IMG/VR virus record: IMGVR_UViG_3300023094_000010
DNA length: 20,000 nucleotides
Reading direction: 5' to 3' (one strand)
Source of the DNA: an uncultured virus (IMG/VR IMGVR_UViG_3300023094_000010)
Taxonomy: Duplodnaviria; Heunggongvirae; Uroviricota; Caudoviricetes
Positions 16,043 to 20,000 of this stretch are shown here, piece by piece. The position numbers and the translations under genes are program-made. The notes below the pieces were generated by a model. That model searched no databases. It saw only the letters and a program-made list of their open reading frames with translations, and had not been told where the DNA came from. Every line of letters starts with the position of its first letter. The first letter of the stretch is position 1.

Positions 16043-16071
16043 ACCAAGTTGAAGGATTGATGAGTTGTCAA
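16043..16071 (-). promoter_or_regulatory. Class 1-like promoter: TTGACA-17-CTTGGT, ATG 5 nt later
   Basis: On the - strand, TTGACA 16071-16066, CTTGGT 16048-16043, ATG 16037. Confidence 0.55.
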
Positions 16072-16520
16072 CTTTGAGAGTTGATATCTTGATGCCTGAG
16101 AGGCTTGCAGGCTATTGGACTGCGAGTCGTTATTTCGAGGCCTATTATACAGTTGTTTAAGTAAAATATCATAAGTTTAATAGATAAGTGATTCATTGAT
16201 CGTGGGATAGCTCGGGTATTTTATATATTATCCTTAATGTCATTTTAAAAGGGTCCGGAAAGCTACGGCAGTGGAGGGTACGAGGCATCAAGATTGAAAG
16301 ATTGAGAATTGATGCGGCTTGCAGATTCCGTGGCTTTCCGGTCTTTTCCTTACGTACCTCTGTATTATATATATTTTAAAATTTAATATAGTATAAGTAG
16401 TAGAGGTGGCTCTCCTCTAGTAGGGGCTATTAAACATATTAGGACCTTAACTATTGGACTTATTGGTATTAAACAGAGGGTGTTAAATGCTTGAGGATAA
16501 TAAGTAGAAGAGAAAGACGT
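16072..16520. repeat. AT-rich intergenic island with inverted and direct repeats (origin or packaging-site candidate)
   Basis: Inverted repeats 16086-16097/16283-16294 (12/12), 16255-16268/16328-16341 (13/14), 16285-16291/16309-16315, 16356-16361/16402-16407. Direct repeats CTATTGGACT, TATTAAACA and GGCTTGCAG, two copies each. Confidence 0.7.
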
Positions 16521-16561
16521 GCTCGGGGCCTGCGGCCAGCTACTTTTCCCGGGCCTCGTTT

Positions 16562-16589
16562 TTGTGTCTGTTTGGTCAACAGGTATACT
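16562..16589 (+). promoter_or_regulatory. Class 2 promoter: TTGTGT-16-TATACT, ATG at 16596
   Basis: GGTATACTC is shared with 17681-17689; ATG 6 nt after TATACT. Confidence 0.55.
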
Positions 16590-16595
16590 CATTGT

Positions 16596-17171
16596 ATGTC
16601 TGGAACACTCACGATGCCGGCGAACGTCAACCCTTGCGCCCTGTTCGAGATGTGGCGAGCCCTTGGCGGTAACGCCGCCCACGTTTCCTTGGCCAGCGGC
16701 GTCTCTGTCTCTATCATTAAGGCGCTGGAGCACGACTTCAGTTGGAACGACCTCGCCGGCGGCAAGCTGGGCATGGCGGATAAAAAATTGGAGAAGGAAG
16801 TGGGCAGGGCGATCGCGTACGCTCAGGGTAATCGGCTCCAGCGTATCCTCGATAAGGTGATGGACGGCCTCGAGGCCGACGACGGCGCAATGATCAAGAA
16901 ACATCTGACCGCGGCGAAGAAAGATGGCGACCCCGAGATCATGATCAAGCCTTACGCCGACCTCGCCAAGGCGATGGAGACGGTTCACAATATCAAGTAC
17001 CGCGCTCTCGGCGATAAAGTTGCGGTCGATGCAGACCCCGTGAGTGACGACCTCGAACGCACCAAGGCGCTGGGCCTGACGGTGTTTAATCTCGTGAACA
17101 ATGCGGCCACTGCGCAGGCTCTGAAGCCCGAGCAGGTGGTGCGCGAGGTGAAGGATGCGATCAACGTATGA
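16596..17171 (+). CDS. HTH plus helical protein, possible terminase small subunit
   Basis: N-terminal HTH-like GNAAHVSLASGVSVSIIKALEHDFSW, then long helices including YADLAKAMETVHNIKYRALG; size and context fit TerS. Confidence 0.5.
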   Translation: MSGTLTMPANVNPCALFEMWRALGGNAAHVSLASGVSVSIIKALEHDFSWNDLAGGKLGMADKKLEKEVGRAIAYAQGNRLQRILDKVMDGLEADDGAMIKKHLTAAKKDGDPEIMIKPYADLAKAMETVHNIKYRALGDKVAVDADPVSDDLERTKALGLTVFNLVNNAATAQALKPEQVVREVKDAINV

Positions 17172-17617
17172 AGCCGCCCGCAATAAAGAAACGACAGACC
17201 AAAACGTATCGCCGAGAGTACCGCGATCGGGCTCCCTATATCATCGCGAATCGTCTGGATCTCATTAAGGCCAAGGAAGCTGGGTGTTCTTTGTGCGGGT
17301 ACAAAGGCACGTCGATCACCTTTGAGGCGACCGATCAGGCCCCGCGCAGTCCGGCGACGCTCACCACGTCCAGCAGAACGTCGTTCCTTAAAGCACTGAA
17401 GCACAGTAAGATGCTGTGCTTTAATTGTGCCTTCGAACGTCGAGAGACAGGAGGACGTCCCCGAAAGCGTCGCGTATGTATCAGGGCATTAGATACTTCG
17501 GCACTTCAAAAAGCCTTGGAGGTCGAGAAGCTTGTTAGCGAAGTCCCTCCCCCGAGGACTTCTGAGCAGTTAAGCAAAGAAATTTTTGACTTAACAAGGA
17601 ATGTTAGCCTCACCTAA
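17168..17617 (+). CDS. Degenerate HNH-like Zn-binding protein
   Basis: GCSLCGY...TFEATD...MLCFNCA: both CxxC pairs present, expected His residues absent. Confidence 0.6.
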   Translation: MKPPAIKKRQTKTYRREYRDRAPYIIANRLDLIKAKEAGCSLCGYKGTSITFEATDQAPRSPATLTTSSRTSFLKALKHSKMLCFNCAFERRETGGRPRKRRVCIRALDTSALQKALEVEKLVSEVPPPRTSEQLSKEIFDLTRNVSLT

Positions 17618-17625
17618 TACTTATC

Positions 17626-17664
17626 GCACAATAAATATTACGACCAATCAAGTGTTTATTGTGC
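17626..17664. other. Hairpin between the HNH-like gene and the HNH gene
   Basis: GCACAATAAATA ... TGTTTATTGTGC inverted repeat. Confidence 0.55.
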
Positions 17665-17688
17665 CGTGTTGTCTGAGGGTGGTATACT
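17659..17688 (+). promoter_or_regulatory. Class 2 promoter with extended -10 (TGGTATACT), ATG at 17697
   Basis: TTGTGC 17659-17664, TG 17680-17681, TATACT 17683-17688. Confidence 0.6.
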
Positions 17689-17696
17689 CTTATTAA

Positions 17697-18269
17697 ATGA
17701 CCCAAGAAGCGTTCCTCCCCCACCCTCTTTACTCAAATCAGCTCATAGGTACCCGAGGTACCGTGTGGTCAGTTCAACCCGATGGATCTCGCAGGCTCAG
17801 AGTTCAACGAGTTGATGCGGCCGGGTACGTTCGGGTCAACATGCCTCCCCGCGTTGGCTGTAACGGAAACGGGCTTTTCCTGCATCGTCTCATTGCAGTA
17901 ACCCATATCCCCAACCCTTGTAACCTCACAGATGTTAACCACATAAACCACATCAAGACTGACAACAGGGTCGAAAATCTTGAGTGGGTTACGCACGCAG
18001 ATAACATGCGGAAGGCGCGAGAGTTTCACGGCAACTGGACGACCGGTGAGCGGGTACGTAAGCCGGTCATTGCGACGCCGGTTGGAGGAGGACCAGACAT
18101 CAAATGGCCGAGCGTGCGAGCGTGGGCGATTGATAGCGGGAACTTCCGCAGAGCCGCCAATGTCTGCAAGGCTCTGAGATCTGGTAAGGCGGCGCACGGG
18201 TACTACTGGCGATTTGACATAATAAACACAACGAATACATCCGCAGGTCCCGATGAGGAGAGCGTTTAA
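17697..18269 (+). CDS. HNH homing endonuclease (HNH_3 type with NUMOD-like flanks)
   Basis: GYVRV, LHRLIAVTHIPNP, VNHINHIKTDNRVENLEWVTHADN; C-terminal WPSVRAWA...HGYYWRF. Confidence 0.92.
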   Translation: MTQEAFLPHPLYSNQLIGTRGTVWSVQPDGSRRLRVQRVDAAGYVRVNMPPRVGCNGNGLFLHRLIAVTHIPNPCNLTDVNHINHIKTDNRVENLEWVTHADNMRKAREFHGNWTTGERVRKPVIATPVGGGPDIKWPSVRAWAIDSGNFRRAANVCKALRSGKAAHGYYWRFDIINTTNTSAGPDEESV

Positions 18270-18494
18270 GGCTGTCAGGCTCTCAGCCTGTCAGAGAAAA
18301 CGACCCCGGCAGGGGGGATTTTCATAGGAACCCTCGCTAAGTGGTCTCTCACCGCACATAAAAATTTTGCCTCGCGTAGGCTCTTTTACTTATAGTCCCT
18401 AAGCCTCATATACTCACATCCCAACGCCTCTTTAAAATCAAAAGCCTCACAGTCCAACAGGCGTATTCACTTTAAGGATACAAGAATTCGAGGG

Positions 18495-18522
18495 TTGTCG
18501 GCTGACAGAAATCAAGTATAAA
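18495..18522 (+). promoter_or_regulatory. Class 2 promoter: TTGTCG-16-TATAAA, ATG at 18529
   Basis: Same geometry as 16562-16589 (16-bp spacer, ATG 6 nt later). Confidence 0.5.
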
Positions 18523-18528
18523 AGCACG

Positions 18529-18726
18529 ATGAAATCCGCTTTAATCAAGCAGGTCGCAAATGGCTTCATTGTTCATCAGGACGCGAGCTCCGACGAGTTC
18601 TCAGGTCCGGTGAGCCTGATCAGACACGAGCCCTACGTCTTCGAAACCTTCGAGAAGCTGACCGAGTGGCTGAAGCAGGGTTTCGGGGCGGAGCGTCAGG
18701 CTCGCGGCGGGGCCCACCACTCGTGA
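18529..18726 (+). CDS. Small phage hypothetical protein
   Basis: IKQVANGFIV...YVFETFEKLTEWL, a common small phage protein pattern. Confidence 0.75.
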   Translation: MKSALIKQVANGFIVHQDASSDEFSGPVSLIRHEPYVFETFEKLTEWLKQGFGAERQARGGAHHS

Positions 18727-19334
18727 CCATCAACAAAAACCTCTTCGCCGACACCCAGCTCACCCTCTTCCCGGTGGAGCCGGAAGTCGTGTTGGCGACG
18801 CAGGCGGCGGCACGCAACCTGTACGGCAACCTCTGCGAACGCATAGCCGTCGAGGCTCTCAGCCTGAGACGGCTCAAGATCTCGGGGAACTTCGACGCCT
18901 GTTACGATGCCCAGTCCAAGGAAGGCGGGTTGGTCGAGGTGAAGAGTGTCAGGCGCTCCGGGGCCTGTCCGATTTGGTCTTGGAGGATGCAAAAAGACTT
19001 GACAGTCGCGGCCGAGGGCGAAGACGTCAGCTATGTGTTCGTGGCCCACAACATCTCGGGCGTCTCCTCCAGCGATGAGTTGTGGAAGGGGTTGGCCCGC
19101 ACAGTCAAGGAGATTTTTGTCGTCCCCTTGCCGGTGATGGCGGAGATGCACAAAAGCTCCCCCGCAGGCGGCATGCGGCTGGGCCTCGGCGGCTCCGGGT
19201 ACGATCGAGAGGGATACCGCGACGGGTACAGGCGTGTATCCATGAAGTCGATACGAGCGAGAAGCACCCGCGGCCAACGGCTGAATTTTTCTCTCGCCGG
19301 CCACGAATTCGACGTGAACGTCTGCACGCTTTGA
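18723..19334 (+). CDS. PD-(D/E)XK nuclease-like protein
   Basis: GNLCE helix, YDA, LVEVKS catalytic-like motifs; GTGA-coupled start. Confidence 0.6.
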   Translation: MTINKNLFADTQLTLFPVEPEVVLATQAAARNLYGNLCERIAVEALSLRRLKISGNFDACYDAQSKEGGLVEVKSVRRSGACPIWSWRMQKDLTVAAEGEDVSYVFVAHNISGVSSSDELWKGLARTVKEIFVVPLPVMAEMHKSSPAGGMRLGLGGSGYDREGYRDGYRRVSMKSIRARSTRGQRLNFSLAGHEFDVNVCTL

Positions 19335-19380
19335 GACTTGCAGAATCCGAGGATCGCAATAGTATTCCCTCTCAGCCCTG

Positions 19381-19566
19381 ATGACCGCTTCCGACTTAGT
19401 CACCACGAACGCCTTCGTCCCGTTTGGGCCTCCGCGGCCTGAGGTCGGGGCCGTCTACGGGGTCACGACCAAAGAACATCTGGACGAGACGGTTGAAAAG
19501 ACATTTGCGTTCATCCGCCAACGAAACGCGTTGTGCGGGCTCCGACAGGACAATCGAGTTACATGA
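19381..19566 (+). CDS. Small hypothetical protein
   Basis: 61 aa, ATGA-coupled to the next gene. Confidence 0.5.
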   Translation: MTASDLVTTNAFVPFGPPRPEVGAVYGVTTKEHLDETVEKTFAFIRQRNALCGLRQDNRVT

Positions 19567-19895
19567 GAAACTTTTTGCGTGCCATCACTGGCTGGTTGTG
19601 GAAGAAAGAAATCGAGGACCTGCGTCAGCGTCTTCGAGACACCGAGCACCATCGCGATAATTTGTTGTGGCTGATCGACTCCAGCAAGACACGGCCTGCG
19701 CAATTGCAGGATGAGAATCTCCGGCTCCGCCACCTTTGTTTTCAGATGCGGATGACGTTTCGTCGCATCAAGGGTCGTGGCACCGATTGTGTGCCGTATA
19801 ATTGGCCAGATCCAGAGCGCATCGCCCCGCCACCGGCGACCTTTGACGCGATGGAGGTCTTCCGAGAGGCTGAGTTGCAGCGACCGTTGCCGTAA
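19563..19895 (+). CDS. Coiled-coil hypothetical protein
   Basis: ATG 19563, 110 aa; coupled at both ends. Confidence 0.65.
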   Translation: MRNFLRAITGWLWKKEIEDLRQRLRDTEHHRDNLLWLIDSSKTRPAQLQDENLRLRHLCFQMRMTFRRIKGRGTDCVPYNWPDPERIAPPPATFDAMEVFREAELQRPLP

Positions 19896-20000
19896 TGATC
19901 GACCTCAAAGCCCTGAGCCGCGAAGTCGCTCTCCCTCTCCACCTCGACGATCCGATGACCGCGGCCCGCATGGCGCTTGACGGCCTCGGGAAGGTGGACG
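19895..20000 (+). CDS. Partial CDS running off the window
   Basis: TAATG coupling; MIDLKALSREVALPLHLDDPMTAARMALDGLGKVD with no stop. Confidence 0.6.
   Translation, partial: MIDLKALSREVALPLHLDDPMTAARMALDGLGKVD

Noticed and set aside
370..16071. Long - strand ORFs (e.g. 1234..1971, 3608..4444, 8439..9359, 15037..16071)
   Set aside because: They are shadows of GC-rich genes and show no recognisable motifs.
17618..18528. Group I intron hosting the HNH gene
   Set aside because: No recognisable P7 core and no interrupted gene whose halves join across the region; the HNH has its own promoter-like element.
18991..19035. AAAAAGACTTGACA as a class 1 promoter
   Set aside because: It lies inside a CDS, the hexamer at 17 bp (AGACGT) fits poorly and the following ATG is out of frame.
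1..20000. CRISPR array, tRNA, DGR template/variable repeats, integrase, alternative genetic code
   Set aside because: No regularly spaced repeats, cloverleaf or T-loop context, long near-identical repeat pair, reverse transcriptase or recombinase seen. TAA, TAG and TGA all act as normal stops with tight gene tiling.

Overview
GC-rich bacteriophage (or prophage) DNA with no structural genes, tRNA or CRISPR visible. Bases 1-15600 are a dense, mostly + strand early/accessory region. It encodes a SAM-lyase-like protein, a sigma-70 family sigma factor, a metallophosphoesterase, a damaged Pif1-like helicase (motif III missing plus a 1-nt frameshift) and about 30 small, translationally coupled hypothetical, membrane or secreted proteins. 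At least seven promoter-like elements share a fixed layout: A-tract, TTGACN, exactly 17 bp, a non-canonical -10 (consensus TTTGCT, no -11A), and usually an ATG 5-7 nt later (leaderless). The window's own sigma factor keeps the canonical -35 recognition helix but has a diverged -10 recognition region, which suggests a sigma/promoter pair. A repeat-rich, AT-rich intergenic island (16040-16595) is followed by a terminase-small-subunit-like gene, a probably inactive HNH-like protein, an HNH endonuclease, a second non-coding island and a PD-(D/E)XK nuclease-like gene, with a different promoter class. All family calls come from motif recognition by eye; no searches were run.
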